Source: Rhina ancylostomus (lineage: Eukaryota). Taken from it: DNA of 64,000 nucleotides. Each line of letters opens with the position of its first letter. Positions within the stretch are counted from its first letter, which is position 1. The notes below the pieces were generated by a model. The model was not told the DNA's origin. It worked only from the letters and a program-made list of their open reading frames with translations, and searched no databases. The DNA lies in assembly GCA_030265395.1 (NCBI GenBank), contig JARFYF010000036.1, positions 24,290,529 to 24,354,528 of the forward strand. The letters are read 5' to 3'. Position numbers and translations under genes: made by a program. Below, in pieces: positions 14,240 to 27,500 of this stretch.

Positions 14240-14420
14240 TGCTGCACAAAGCTCTACAAATATCTCAAGCTGAGGATTCCACCTAATCACTTCTGCTACT
14301 GTTCATCATCATGCGTGGGAGCTGGATGCTGCTCTTACACAAAGCAGATCTCCTTTTTCAATTGTTTCCATCAGGACTTCCGCATATCCCTGAGAACCTT
14401 GGGACATGCTCTCTGGTGTC
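14240..14420 (-). pseudogene. Harbinger Myb/SANT-like gene relic
   Basis: TREHVPRFS followed by AEVLMETIEK resembles the RERAPRFSD..LEVLV start of Harbinger Myb proteins. Confidence 0.4.
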
Positions 14421-14826
14421 AGGATCCCCTTTGCGTTGCATTAACAAACAAACACCAATTGTGTTTGGTCTTGCTGGAACGGCCCTTGTGAGTGTTGTAA
14501 CCAGTTCTGTTTGGCTGCTGTAATAAACAGCTTGCAGGTGCTTGGGATGGGAATGTGACCACTGTTTCAGAGCATTACTTGCCACATAAGCAAGTTTTTA
14601 ACATTTCAAACACAACAACATCACATTTAAATGCCATCAGTAGAATATTGTGATGGAAATTGTACCAACACAAGTGGGTGCACAATGTTTTAATGATATT
14701 TTCCCATCCATATCCAATTTCTAGGCTACACTGTTATAACAGCTTTCACAGATGATTAAACCAGGGGAACAGTGTGGTCAGCTGTCATGGCTTTCTCAGC
14801 AATTCCATTACAGGGGGGCCTTTTCG

Positions 14827-15160
14827 AACCATAGAACCATAGAAGACTACAGCATAGAAAACAGGCCATTCGGCCCTTCTAGTCTGTGCTGAAACATTAT
14901 TCTGCTAGTCCCACTTACCTGCACCCAGCCCATAACCATCCAGACCACTCCCGTCCACGTATCTATCCAATTTACACTTAAAAGTTAAGAGACAGCCCAC
15001 ATTGACTACATCAGATGGTCGCCCATTCCACACTCCCACCACTCTTTGAGTGAAGAAGTTCCCCCTAATGTTCCCCCTAAACCTTTCCTCTTTCACCCTA
15101 AAGCCATGTCCTCTCGTATTTATCTCTCCTAATCTAGGTGGAAACAGTCTACTCGCATTA
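14827..15160 (-). mobile_element. CR1/HER1 3' end, relatively young
   Basis: LFPPRLGEINTRGHGFRVKEERFRGNIRGNFFTQRVVGVWN...LDRYVD; tail repeat (gaaccata)2. Confidence 0.9.
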
Positions 15161-15164
15161 ACAG

Positions 15165-16074
15165 ACTCTGGAAGAGTAGATCGCATAGGATCCAGGTAAA
15201 GATAGTGGATTGGACTCATAATTATCTCAGTGGTAGGAAGCAAAGAGTGATGGTCAAGGGTCGTTTCTCAGACTGGAGGCCTCTGTCTAGTGTGTGCCAC
15301 AGGGGTCAATGCTGGGACCTTTGTGTTTGCAATTTATATAAATGATTTGGATGTGAATGTACAAGTCATGGTTGGTAAGCTTGTGGATGATACTAAAAAG
15401 GTGGTGTTGTAGATAGTGTAGAAGGTTATGCAAAATTACAGGGGATCTTGATCAGCTGGGGGTGTGACCTGAGGATTGTCAAATGGCTTTCAATCCAGAT
15501 AAACGTGAGGATTCGCATTGTGGGAGATCAGACCAGGGTAGGACTCATACAGTGAATGGTGGGGCCCTGGGGGGTGTTATGGAACAGAGGGGCCTAGGAG
15601 TGCAAGTGCATAGTTCACCGAAAGCAGCGTCACAGGTAGACAGGGTGGTGAAGAAGGCATTTGGCCCGCTGGCCTTCATCATTTGGGGCACTGAATATCG
15701 GAAATAGGGAGTTACATTGCAGTTATACAAGACGTTGGTGAGGCCACACTTGGAGTGTTGTGTACAGCTTTGGTCACCCTGTTATAGGAAAGATGTAATT
15801 AAACTAGAAAGAGTGCAGAACAGATATACCAGGAAGTTGCCTGGACTTGGGGGCCTGAGTTACAAGGAGAGGTTGTGTAGACTGGGACTTTATTCCCTGG
15901 AACATTGGAGATTGAGGGGTGACCTGACAGCGGTGTATAAGATTATGAGGGGCACAGACAGGGTGAAAGTACACAGTCTTTTTCCCAGGGGGGTGCTATA
16001 AACAAGAGGGCAGAGGTTTAAGATCAGAGGTGAGAGATTTAAAAGCAACATTGGGGCACATTCTTCACACAAGG
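15165..16074 (+). mobile_element. CR1/HER1 LINE RT region
   Basis: PQGSMLGP-like motif, MAFNPDK, LYKTLVRPHLECCVQLWSPCYRKDVIKLERVQNRYTRKLPGL. Confidence 0.9.
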
Positions 16075-17443
16075 NNNNNNNNNNNNNNNNNNNNNNNNNN
16101 NNNNNNNNNNNNNNNNNNNNNNNNNNNNNNNNNNNNNNNNNNNNNNNNNNNNNNNNNNNNNNNNNNNNNNNNNNATCCCTCCTGAGAATATTGAGAACGT
16201 TCCATCTCACCTGCCTGTGATAAGATTTATGTGTAAAAGACCCTGCTACAGTGCAGGTCTCACCACTAGATTAAAGCTGGCTTTGTCCAGGAAGATCACA
16301 ACTGGAAATCCCCAAAGTTCAAGTGGGCATAGTCCAATAATCAGAGACACAGGAGGCTCTCCATTGACCATAAAATCCAGTTTCTTCTGGATTAATTTTC
16401 ACCTGGCATTTGTGACAGAGTGCTTTTTAAGTACAGGTTATATGTCGGAAGATAAAGAAGTTTTGGTAGAACATCCACCTTTAACATGCAGTGAGCGGTT
16501 AGTTGGGACTAGCTCTGGTAAGCAACTTTGTCAGCATGTACGAGTTGGTCTGAAGGGCCTGTTTCCATGCTGTATAATTTTTGGCAAAGATGTTAGTTAC
16601 TTGTACAAGTAGACCATGTCAAGGAATTGAAGTGTTATTCCAGGCATTTGAAATGGCTTCTGTGTGAAGTGAATACAACTGGAAACAGAGATCCAGAAGC
16701 TAACCCTGCATTCTAGTAGTTGACTAGGACAGATGGTCATAACTACATCTAGCTAATATCCATGCTTAAAATTCAGTGAGGAAATCAAAATCTCATGTAG
16801 TTTAAATGTAGAAAGAGAAGCAGCACATTATGTAGCAGGCAATGCAAATGTCTTTCGCAGTGATTATTTATTTTGTAAACGTAGTGCAGAAGAACAAATA
16901 ATTTCATCAGCTCACAGTGGTTGGGTAAGATACATTTATCTTCCAGGAATCTTGCAAAAACACACTTAAATTTGCTGTTTCGGAGCAATATCACTCACAA
17001 GACTGTATGTCATACTGGTTATCTGAATTCATACAGTTCAATTCCAGAGTAATTTATGAATCTTTGTAACCCCCATTAAGAGACATATGTTCATACAATA
17101 GATCAGATTTCATGGCCAAAATAATGGTGTCCTTGCCATTATTTGCATTATAAATCATCCTGTGATTCAGTCAAGGAAGAGGTATTCTGAATTTACAGTC
17201 ACCAGTGTAACCACTATCCAATTTGTGCCATTTCACTCTTAACCTAATAAAATTTCAGCTCACCCTTAACCCGAGCTTCATAAGGTTGCTGCAATTTTAC
17301 TTGCCGTGGAAAGTTGGGGCTGCTATTTCACAGTGTAACGACCTATAAAATGAGAAAAATCGTTTATGTAATGCAAAGCAACCCAAGGAAAAATGAAAAC
17401 TGCAGTCTCATTTTGGTTACTACACGCAAACAGTTTTGGAGAG

Positions 17444-18090
17444 TGTAGTGAGAAATCCACATGGCTGTCATGTGACAGTGACAACACTGACCCCTGCTGG
17501 TTGGAGGACAGCATTGCTCCTCAGATCAGAAGTGATACCAGGGTCAATCAAGGTGCAGCTCCACCCACCCCTCAGGTGTGAGAGTACCTTTTGTCTCTGA
17601 ACTTGCCTGATTTGGCTGTGACAGGCACCTTTGTCCTTGACCCCCAAACTATTGGCCTGTTTAAATCACTCTGTGAGGCTCTACCCAGCCTTCCAGCACC
17701 ATAAAAAGGGCTGCAATCCCCTAGCCCTTCCTCTTTTAATGACCTCCCAGGAGTAGTGAGACATGCTGCGGAGATCACTGGTAAGAGTGCATCACCATGT
17801 GGTTTGGGAGCATTTCACTCAGACTCTGGGTAGTGTCAGAGCCAATGCTAGTGTGGGTCAAGCACTGAAGTGTTGTATCTTAAAGTTGGACAATATAATT
17901 GTGTGTGTGTATATCTTATCCTAGTTGCGATCCCCTCTCGTGTGTGTGGTCTCCTGCATGAGTGAGAGTGTGTCTGTTCCCATCCATTCTGTCCCTGCGT
18001 TTGCCTTTGTGATTAAACTAGTTTTGATATGCAAAGCTTGTGTCCAGAGTGCTTGATCCTTAAGGCTGAAAAGAACCATTTCACACAACA
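17444..18090 (+). mobile_element. Solo LTR (647 bp) with 5-bp TSD GAGAG
   Basis: TG...CA ends; 13-bp imperfect terminal inverted repeat TGTAGTGAGAAAT / ATTTCACACAACA; GAGAG at 17439-17443 and 18091-18095; TATA-like cataaaa near 17700; ATTAAA near 18011. Confidence 0.85.
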
Positions 18091-18555
18091 GAGAGCATAC
18101 CTAGAAGGTTTAGAAGGATGATATAAGGAACAAGAGGCATTAGTTACATGGTGAGATTAGAGAAGCTGGGATTGCTCTCCTTACAGCAGAGAAGGTTAAA
18201 GGAAGAATATTCAGAACCATGATGAATTTTGACAGACCAGGTGTAGTAAAGCTTCAATAATCTGCCATCTGACTATTCAGAAATCCCAATGGTTCAGTGT
18301 CTGGTTCCCCAAGTGCTGATTCTTGTGCTTCCACTTACATACTGGGGCCCTGTTCCTGTGCACCCTTTCACACACCAGAGCCCCAGTTCCCATGCTCCCT
18401 TGAAACTGAACTGGTTCCATTTTAGACACTTCCTTGAAACTTTCTGGGGCCTTATTTCTCACATCCCTTTTAAACTTCCTGGGTTTACTGGAAAATATAT
18501 TATTCTACTGTGTAATATCTTTAAAAAAAGTGAATTAAGAATGTGTTGGAGTATT

Positions 18556-18738
18556 AAGATATTTATTTTATTAGTCACATGTACATTGAAACACAGTGAA
18601 ATGTGTCTTTTTGTATTACTGAGAATGTGCTGGGGGCAGCCTGCAAGTGTTGCCACTCTTCCTGCACCAACATAGCATGCCCACAACTCCTAACCTGTAG
18701 GTCTTTGGAATGTGGGAGGAAACCGGTGCACCCAGAGG
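18556..18738 (-). mobile_element. Truncated V-SINE with Rex1-like tail
   Basis: Reverse complement of the 3' half of 24048-24345. Confidence 0.8.
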
Positions 18739-20899
18739 ATTAATAGGAATAACATCCAATGGTCTAGAAAATCTGCTAGTGCGACACCAAAGTTCTGAAT
18801 GGGCCAGATTGTCTAAGTTTTACTGCAGAGAGGAAATAGTTTAGTTTCAGGCAAGTGAGCTGGTAACCATAAGTGTTACATATAAATGGCAAAGTGAGGA
18901 GCAATTATCTGTAACAAACTAAGAGTGGAATCAAATTCCACAGAACTTTGCAAAAAACATTGCACATGAATTTGAAGTGAAATATTTTCTACAGTTAGAG
19001 AGAAAAAGCTGAGGATGGGACTAAATTGGTGCAGCTATCTTTTAAAAAAAAGTGGCATAGACAAAAATAATTCTTCTTCCATGATTCCATTCCTATAAAT
19101 TGCTGTGTTTTATAACAACTTTAATTCAACATTTTGCTGATTTTTTTTTTCTTTTTTCTTTCCTTTAGTCTAATGTTTTGCCTCCCTCTCTATTATTATT
19201 ATTGCTAAATGTCCTTGGCTGCTAATTCATCCTGCTCCCTTCATCATTATTTTCTTTCTCAATTCTTAAATCTTACCTCATTAAAGAAGCATGCTGTTAT
19301 GTTGGACCCATCATTCAATGACATCCTGGATGTTAAACTTGTCCTGGCATTACATATACCGTTCCCAGATCAAGAAGGTTTTATTGTAGTATACTTGTAT
19401 AACAAGTGCAATAGCATATTTTTGAAATCAAGTGTTGTAGACCATTTAGAAGTTCAATAATGTTGGCATAATCCTTGAAAAAGTACAGATTAAAGAGTGA
19501 GAAATCCATAATATACTTCACGAACATAGAGAAAAAGATTGGAGCCTGAATATTTACAGAGAGGATCTTTAATCATTTCCTCTTGATTGTTTCTGCCTTA
19601 AACAATTAAGAAAGATAAGAATGGTACTGTAAAACTGGCCACAAATTGTATCATCAGATTGATACTGAATGTTTTCCAATATATTGATACAGAGTGTTAC
19701 ATATCATAGTTTTGCCCATGTACAATGAAGTTCAGGGGGGTGGCACTTTTTTGACAGTGCTCCATGAAATGCCTCAGACTGCTTTGTAGCAGTGAAGTGC
19801 TAATATCAAATGATGATGAAAATTCTGAAATGTTGTGGACCAGAAAAGTTAACTCTTTCCCTTTCATTGTTNNNTTCGCTGTCTAATCTGCTGGAGTACA
19901 TCCAATATTTTCTGTTTTTATAGTGCCTCAGTTAAGATGTTCTAGGATTCTTCTGAGAAGGTCAGTAAGTATTTTCTATCACTGCAAATGTTAGTACTTG
20001 CTCAGGTGGTGGTGAAAAACAAAATCAATGGATTGATGATAACATGAAGCAAACAAAATTGTGAAGTGGGCTTGGGTTAAGTGGTGTGCTTTCATTCATT
20101 TGGACAGGTCATCAGTTATTACTACAGTTATCAGTTATCTTTTCAAACTCTCATTATTTCAAGGGGAATGCAGAGAAATTTAGCCCATTAGCCCTATATT
20201 AGAGACATAGTAATAAATAATAAATTGTCTGTAAGTGATTTATTTAATTATTTTATAACAGGGAGATGATATAAAAAAGAATCAGTGAATGTAATGAATT
20301 TGAATTTTCAAAGATTCGTTCAAAAAGTTGTCAAACAAGAAGTTAGTGTACCATATTGAGACTTATCAGATTGGGATAATACATTATCTTAAGCTGAGGA
20401 TTGGTTACCACATAGAGAGTAAGTACATTTTTGGTTCGGCAGGTTGAAACATGTAGGATACCTCAATGATCAGAGCTTCAGCCTCAGCTATTTATAGTTA
20501 TTTTAATGATTCATATGAGGAGACAGAATGCATTAACAAAGCTTGGTGGGAAAGTGCACTTCGAAGAGGATGCAAAGAGACTGTTAAAAGAATATAAAAG
20601 TTTAGTGGGAAAAACCATAGATGGGATATAATGTAGAAAAATGTGAAGGTGTGCATTTTGGTAAGAAATACTGAAAAATAAGCTCTTTTTGAAAAGATGA
20701 GTAGGTGGAAAAATTTGCAGCAGCAGCCCATTTATCCCCTTTCATAGATTTTCTGTCATGGAACCACTTTGTTGAACTAACCCATATCCCTTAATATTCA
20801 GCAATCTATGAATTTCTGTCTCTAATATATTCATTCACTAAGCCACCACAATCCTCCTGAGTTCAGAATTCCAATTATTTCACTACTCTCCTAGTGAAG

Positions 20900-21630
20900 A
20901 CTAGAGAGCCTAGTGACATGGTATCATGATAACAATCTTTCCCCTCAATGTCAACAGAACAGTTGGTGTTTGACATCAGAAAGGAGATGGTGCACATGCT
21001 CCTGTTTACATCACGGTGCTGAGGTCGAGAGGGTTGAGAGCTTCAAGTTCCTAAGAGTGAACATCACCACTAGCCTGTCCTGGTATAACCATCTTGACCC
21101 CACAGCCAAGAAAGCTCACTAGTGCTTCTACTTCCTCAGGAGGCTAAAGGAATTTGGCATGTCCCTGTTGACACTCACCAATTTTACTGGATGCACCACA
21201 GAAAGCATCCTATCCAGATGCATCATGGCTTGGTATGGCAACTGTTCTGCCCGTAAACACAAGAAACTGCAGAGAGCTGTGGACACAGCTCAGCACATCA
21301 TGGAAACCAGCCTCCCCTCGATGGACTCTGCCAATACTTCTCACTGCCTTGGTAAAGCAACCAGCATAATCAAAGACCCCACCCACCCTGGACATTCTTT
21401 CTTCTCCCCCTCCCATTGGGCAGAAGATACAAAAGCCTGAAAGCACGCATGACCAGGCTCAAGTCAGCTTCTATCCCACTGTTACAAGACTATTGAACAG
21501 TTCCCTAGTATGATAAGATGGACTCTTGACCTCACAATCTACCTCATTATGGCTTTGCACCTTATTGTCTGCCTGCACTGCACTTTCTCTGTAACTGCAA
21601 CACTATTCTGCACTCTGCTGTTGTTTTACC
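20900..21630 (+). mobile_element. Rex1/Babar LINE RT 3' portion
   Basis: WYHDNNLS, VERVESFKFLRVNITTSLSW, ESILSRCIMAWYGNCSARKHKKLQRAVDTAQHI. Confidence 0.9.
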
Positions 21631-22084
21631 NNNNNNNNNNNNNNNNNNNNNNNNNNNNNNNNNNNNNNNNNNNNNNNNNNNNNNNNNNNNNNNNNNNNNN
21701 NNNNNNNNNNNNNNNNNNNNNNNNNNNNNNNNNNNNNNNNNNNNNNNNNNNNNNNNNNNNNNNNNNNNNNNNNNNNNNNNNNNNNNNNNNNNNNNNNNNN
21801 NNNNNNNNNNNNNNNNNNNNNNNNNNNNNNNNNNNNNNNNNNNNNNNNNNNNNNNNNNNNNNNNNNNNNNNNNNNNNNNNNNNNNNNNNNNNNNNNNNNN
21901 NNNNNNNNNNNNNNNNNNNNNNNNNNNNNNNNNNNNNNNNNNNNNNNNNNNNNNNNNNNNNNNNNNNNNNNNNNNNNNNNNNNNNNNNNNNNNNNNNNNN
22001 NNNNNNGCAACTGAAAGGGCAAATCATATGTTGGTCTTGATTACAAAAGTATTAGAGGACAAATGTAAGCAAGTCTTATAGGAT

Positions 22085-22660
22085 ATAAAAATAGAAAATG
22101 TTGGAAATGCTCAGCTAGTCAGGCAGCATCTGTGGAAAGAAAACCCATAATCATTTCAAGTTGATGTATTTTCATCAGAATTAGCAAGTTAGAAACAAGG
22201 GTATTGTACAGTGCAGAGAAAGGGGGCAAATGAAGAGAACAAANNNNNNNNNNGAGACTGAATGACTCGAGTGGTGTTAATCCTGGCTCAGCGGGTGATG
22301 AAGTGATTTGCTGGCAGATACAAGAGAAGATGAATGAAGATGTGAAAGAGTAAATAAAAATTGCTTGAATGGTGAGGTATAAAATGATGCAGCTGTTGGA
22401 AACCTGAAATAAAAGCTGGAAATACCCAGCAGACCAGGCAACATAAATAGATGGAGGAAAACTGAATTAACCTTTCATCAGAACTGGCAGTTCTGACACA
22501 AACTGGAAAGGCTGGTTATCTGTAATTGTTGAATTCAATGTTGAACACTGAGAGCAGTGACCTGCCTAGTCAGAAGGTGCTGTTCCTTGAGCTTCTGTTA
22601 GGCTTTGTTGGAACATTGTAAGATGCCAAAGCAGAAAGGTTGTAGAGGGAGTTGTATGGA
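22085..22660 (-). mobile_element. Penelope-like element 3' end with two tandem terminal units
   Basis: GIY-YIG end (ttgttgaattcaatgttgaa...tgctgttcc) plus two copies of the cagcagaccaggca/ttcatcagaa unit. Confidence 0.6.
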
Positions 22661-23084
22661 GAATTAGGGTAACCAGCCCTGGTGAGATCACACCCAGAAC
22701 TCTACACAATTTTTTGTTTCCTTGCCTGAGGAAGAATATACAGTACTTGTGTTGGAAAGACTGCAACAACAATTCAGTCCTCTGATTTCTGGGTTAAGAG
22801 GATGTATCCTTTAAGAAAAGATTGGAGAAAAAAGTCTTAATATTTTAAGATTTAGAAGAATGAAAATGTGTCTTACTGAAGCACAAAATTCTTTAGAATC
22901 TTGTCAATTTAGATGCTGGATGGATACTTCTATGGCTATCTAAAAATAGAGATCAATCTCAGAATAGGGGCTAGCTATTTATGACTAACATGAAAATGGT
23001 TAGAAGCCTTTGGAATTCTTAACCCAAGAATGTGGCAGATGCTCAATTGTTGAGTATGTACAAGAAAGAACATTGATTTTAGAA

Positions 23085-23218
23085 GGAAACACAAGAGACC
23101 ACAGATGCTGAAATCTGGAGCAAAGAGCAAACTGCTAGAGGATCTCAGCAGGTCAGGTAGCATCTATGGAGGGAAATGGACAATTGATTTTTCAGGTCAA
23201 GGCCATTTATCTGAACTA
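23085..23218 (-). mobile_element. Penelope-derived (MER6-like) short unit
   Basis: cagatgctgaaatctggagcaa...ctcagcaggtcaggtagcatctatggagggaaat; same family as 50575-50700 and 54925-55032. Confidence 0.7.
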
Positions 23219-23286
23219 TTTTAGAATACGAACAGTACTCGGGATATTGCTATACTATAGGAAGGCAGTCACAGCGGTGTGTGGGC

Positions 23287-23575
23287 AGGTACAGTAATGT
23301 TGGGGTTAGTGCAACCCTATTACAGCGCCAGCAACCAGGGTTCAATTCCTGCCACTGTCTGTAAGGAATTTGTACATTCTCCCCATGTCTGCATGGGTTT
23401 CCTCTGGGTGCTCTGGTTTCCTCCCATATTCAAAAATTGTATAGGTTAGGAAGTTGTGGGAATACTGTGTTGGCACCTGAAGTGGGGCAACACCTGCGGG
23501 CTGCCCCAGAACACTATGCAAAAGATGCATTTCACTGTTTCAATGTACATGTGACTAATAAAGATATCTTGTCTT
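23287..23575 (+). mobile_element. V-SINE with Rex1-like tail
   Basis: tRNA head gggttcaattcc, V domain, tail gtacatgtgactaataaagatatctt. Confidence 0.85.
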
Positions 23576-24047
23576 AGGGTAGAATAATCAGCTATGGTCT
23601 TATTGAAGTTCAATGAGCAAAAAGCCTATCCGAGCTTTATCAGTGTGATTTATTTTCAGAGTCATTGTTATTAGATAAAATAAGGAATCAGTCTGGTGAT
23701 ACATGCATAAACCCATTAATCAGGTCAATTTAATTGTACTGCATCATTCCTGTGTCCACAGTACCAGATCCTTCTGAAAATTTACAACATTAGCTATCCA
23801 ATTAACTGAACAGAATTATAGAACTGCACTAACTGTGTATTGATATAACTTTAATACTAGTATTAGATGATTGGCAAAAGGAGATCCTAAAGAAGTTCTT
23901 TTTATTAGTTTTTATTTAGTTATGATGCAGAGTTCACTTGAAAGGATAGTGGAAAAAGTCATTTTAAAAGGTATTTAATTACACAGTTGAAGAGGGAATT
24001 TTTTTTGTTACAAGATTTAGTCAATTTGTGAAACTGAGGAAACTGTC

Positions 24048-24345
24048 AGGCACGGTAGCATAGTGGTTAGTGTAACACTATTACAGCACCAGCGACCTGG
24101 GTTCAAATCCAGACGCTGTCTGGAAGGAGTTTGTATGTTCTCCTTGTGTGTCTGCATGGGTTTCCTCCGGGTGCTCTGGTTTCCTCCCACATTCCAAAGA
24201 TGTATGGGATAGGAAGTTGTGGGCATGCTATGTTGGCACTGGAAGCGTGGTGATACTTGCAGTCTGCGCCCAGAACACTCTACTAAAAAGATATATTTCA
24301 CCGTGTTTCGATGTACATGTGACTAATAAAGATATCTTATCAAAT
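24048..24345 (+). mobile_element. V-SINE with Rex1-like tail
   Basis: ggcacggtagcatagtggttag...gggttcaaatcc, V domain gggtttcctccgggtgctctggtttcctcccacattccaaaga, same tail as 23287-23575. Confidence 0.9.
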
Positions 24346-25559
24346 TAAATCTTTCACTGTCACTTCCTCAAATCATTAAAAAAATCCTTCAGTCAGGCAT
24401 ACATCAATTTGCATATCCTCCACTGGGTCATGTCATACACTGATATTTATCATGAGACAAGTGAAAGGTCAAATTGCTACTTAGTATGCAGTTATGGGTA
24501 ACGTGAGGAAAGGTTGCACCTCATTCAGTTTTGTGTTGTTACAGAACTGTAGGGAAGCTTCAGAGTGCAACATCTTGTCCAAAACACTTGTGTATACTCT
24601 TGGTGAAATAGTATTGCTTTCTATTCCACTTCCTGCTATTTCTATATTGTTAATCCCTGTGGTCTTGGCAGAGATAATGTCCACCTGCCACGAATTGCTG
24701 AGCTGCTCTAACCCATGTCTATTGCCCAAAGGTTCCACCAAGCACTACTCCAGCTGAACTATGGAAAGGCAGATTTGACTTTTGGGAGCACTTTGGCTAC
24801 TGCCTCAGGAAGCAATGGGCAAATTTCCACTTCCCTACTTCCTTCATGATTATTCCTTTTCCCAGAGTAGCACCATATCACTCCAGTCACTTGGTACACA
24901 TCAGTTATGCACTGTAAGAAGATGAATAAGGTCTCTATATCCTGTTTACAGCAGGAGTTCGACATGGGCTTGTGCAAAACTCCACAGAGAATCCATATTT
25001 TCAATGGCAAAACTTTCTCCTACAATCATAATGACAATCCACTAAATATCCTCTCTGCTAGTTTGGAAAGTGTTTGCAGCACATTTAGAACTTCAGAAAT
25101 TTGCTGCTGTCCTTCAATCATTCTCTCCTGTAACAAAAGCATCTAGGATTCAACACCTCTCTCTAGTTGAGCATAATTTGGAGAAGAGTATACCTATTAA
25201 TACAAACACTCCATGCTGGTTCCCACCACCAATTTCTGCTTGTGCTCACTTGTAGACCATTGAGAGAGAAACCCAACTATCAAATCAGAGTTGTCAAAGA
25301 TTGTGTTTTTATGCTAGTACCTGGCTACTCCTCCTGTGACAGTGCACCTTCATAATAAAGGAGCTTTGCTGTGAAACTGCTATCAGTCATATTCACAGAC
25401 TGTTGCTTTATGCATGAATGCACTCAGAAGTCGAAGAAATGGTTATGAATTAGTCTGCCAAAGTAACAGTCTTTCCAGAGGCTTTTCACAGTTCAGTCGT
25501 TCATGAAATAAAGTCAACACATGTGCCAAGGATCTTTTTAAATTCAGTCACCATTGAAC

Positions 25560-26144
25560 AGTCTCACCACCTTGGATTGCTACTTTTTCACAGCCTCCTC
25601 CTCTGCACCTATCAGTGGACAATTCATGGGAGGCCATCTCCCATCCTTTTCTTCCCCCCCACCCCCCCAATCAAGCATTTTTCACTCTCTTCTTTCTACA
25701 AAGGAAAGCAGATGTGTGAGTGAAGATGGAGAAATTCACCACAAATGCTGTGAATACTGTGAGGATAGGCATGAGACAAATTTGCATAAGAAGTGAATTG
25801 CCCCAGTGCTGCATATACAAATGGGAAAGTTGACGAAGTATATAAAAGGAATACTTGGTGCTTTAGAAACTTGTGGGTTTGAGGATTGATGAAATATAAA
25901 TAGCAAAACAGAGAGGAGACTGTGACTCAGCAACTGCATTCATTTTACCAGACCTAATCAATCACTTCTTGCAAAATTGGAATACAATGATCCTGCAGCT
26001 CTCATATCCCTAACCACAACTGCCCATACTTTGAGAGCATCAGATTTCTTACTCTTCTAGCAGGGGAAAATCTTGTGTCTAATGCTCCTTCAGTTACTAA
26101 ACTGAAGCAATGTTAAATCTTGAAACTGATTGTTCCAAATCCAT
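25560..26144 (-). pseudogene. Harbinger Myb/SANT-like gene relic, two exons
   Basis: Exon 1 about 26144-25943: SVSRFNIAS...KIFP...LKVWAVVVRDMRAA...QFCKK..LIRSGK; exon 2: RMGDGLP..PLIGAEEEAV. Confidence 0.5.
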
Positions 26145-27129
26145 CCTGAACAACTTGTATTGTTGCTTACAAAGCCTAGCTCCTCCAAGCTTGAATTACA
26201 TCAAATCCATTCTTAAGTATCCTGAGAAATGAAACTCAATGAGGAAGCATAATTCAATATTCCAAAGGAAGAAAACTGCACATATTTAGCAATGTATCCT
26301 CCTCCCATTTTTAGAAAATAAACTTAGCTACTTTCTAAATTCCTCGTATATTACATTCATCTTCCTGGATTTACTCTTTTCTCTTTCACAAATTACAGGT
26401 TTCCTCCCTAGCACTTCCCCCTAATTCCTCAACATTATTACTAAGAGAAAAACATTTTCTCTTTGGAAAGGCAATATTACTCTTTACTAGCAGTGGTATC
26501 ATTGCTATGTTCACCTCAACCGCACTCTATCGGTTTACTTAATACACAATGTACACGTGACGAAGAATAAAGATTCTCAATTTAAGTGCTTAGTCAGAGC
26601 AGCCATCACTAAATATTCTTCATTGCTAGTTTATTTCATGTTTCAATGTACAAAATAGCCCATCTGCAACCAAGTTTTTGCGCACTCACTGAACTAAAGT
26701 GGCAGATTCAAACAATTTTCAGAGTGTTGGCTGACTATGAACAAAGAGGAGACAATCGAAATTTAAAGCTAAGGTTTCAAAATGACATGCAATGTTTGGA
26801 CCTATACAAGACTAATTGTGGCGATGAAGTAATTGAGTGATACATAACTTCTTCATAAAATTCTTTTATATCCATGTCTGCTGAAAGGTGATGAGCCATG
26901 TTGTGGGAACAGGTAGCTTTCAAGCAGCTTATCCAAGTGGCTGTGTTATGTTTTAATGAGCTTGGATGGCATGTGTTAGCAGGCAACGCAACACCATTGG
27001 TATTTCATCTGACAAGGGTCATGATCAAGAGCAAGTATAATTGACCAAATGCATCCATCTCAATGGTTCAGTGACAGTGCATAGCAAAAATTTGGATTTT
27101 ATGATCCCACTTGCTTTGCTCTTCATGGT

Positions 27130-27500
27130 GCATTATCAAACAATATTTGACACTGAAATACATTAGAGAGGCTTGAACAGACCTACCACAATCTTGGTCT
27201 ACAATGGTGTTTATAGAAGTTTTAAAGGAGGAGGACAGCTCGAAGCTGAGATGTGTGGGAGTGAATACTGGGAATTGAGAACTTAGATAGCTGAGGGTCC
27301 CAGTGGTGAAACAATTAAAATAGGGATATGCAAGAGGTCACAAATGGAAGATGATAGAGCTGGAAAGGATTGCAGAGACAGAAAGGGGGTAGGTCGTGTA
27401 TGGTTTATAACTGAGGCATTGCCACATAAGGAGCCAATGTCAGAGAGTACAGGGTTGATAGGTTATTGGAACTTGGCTAGGATACAGACAATGAGATTTC
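27130..27500 (-). mobile_element. L2-clade LINE 3' fragment
   Basis: Similar to 2069-2620 (ttttaaaggaggag...gggaattgagaacttagatagctgagg). Confidence 0.55.

Noticed and set aside
14827-16074. Single CR1 with a twin-priming inversion
   Set aside because: Both pieces contain the same 3' region with different sequence, which fits two independent insertions.
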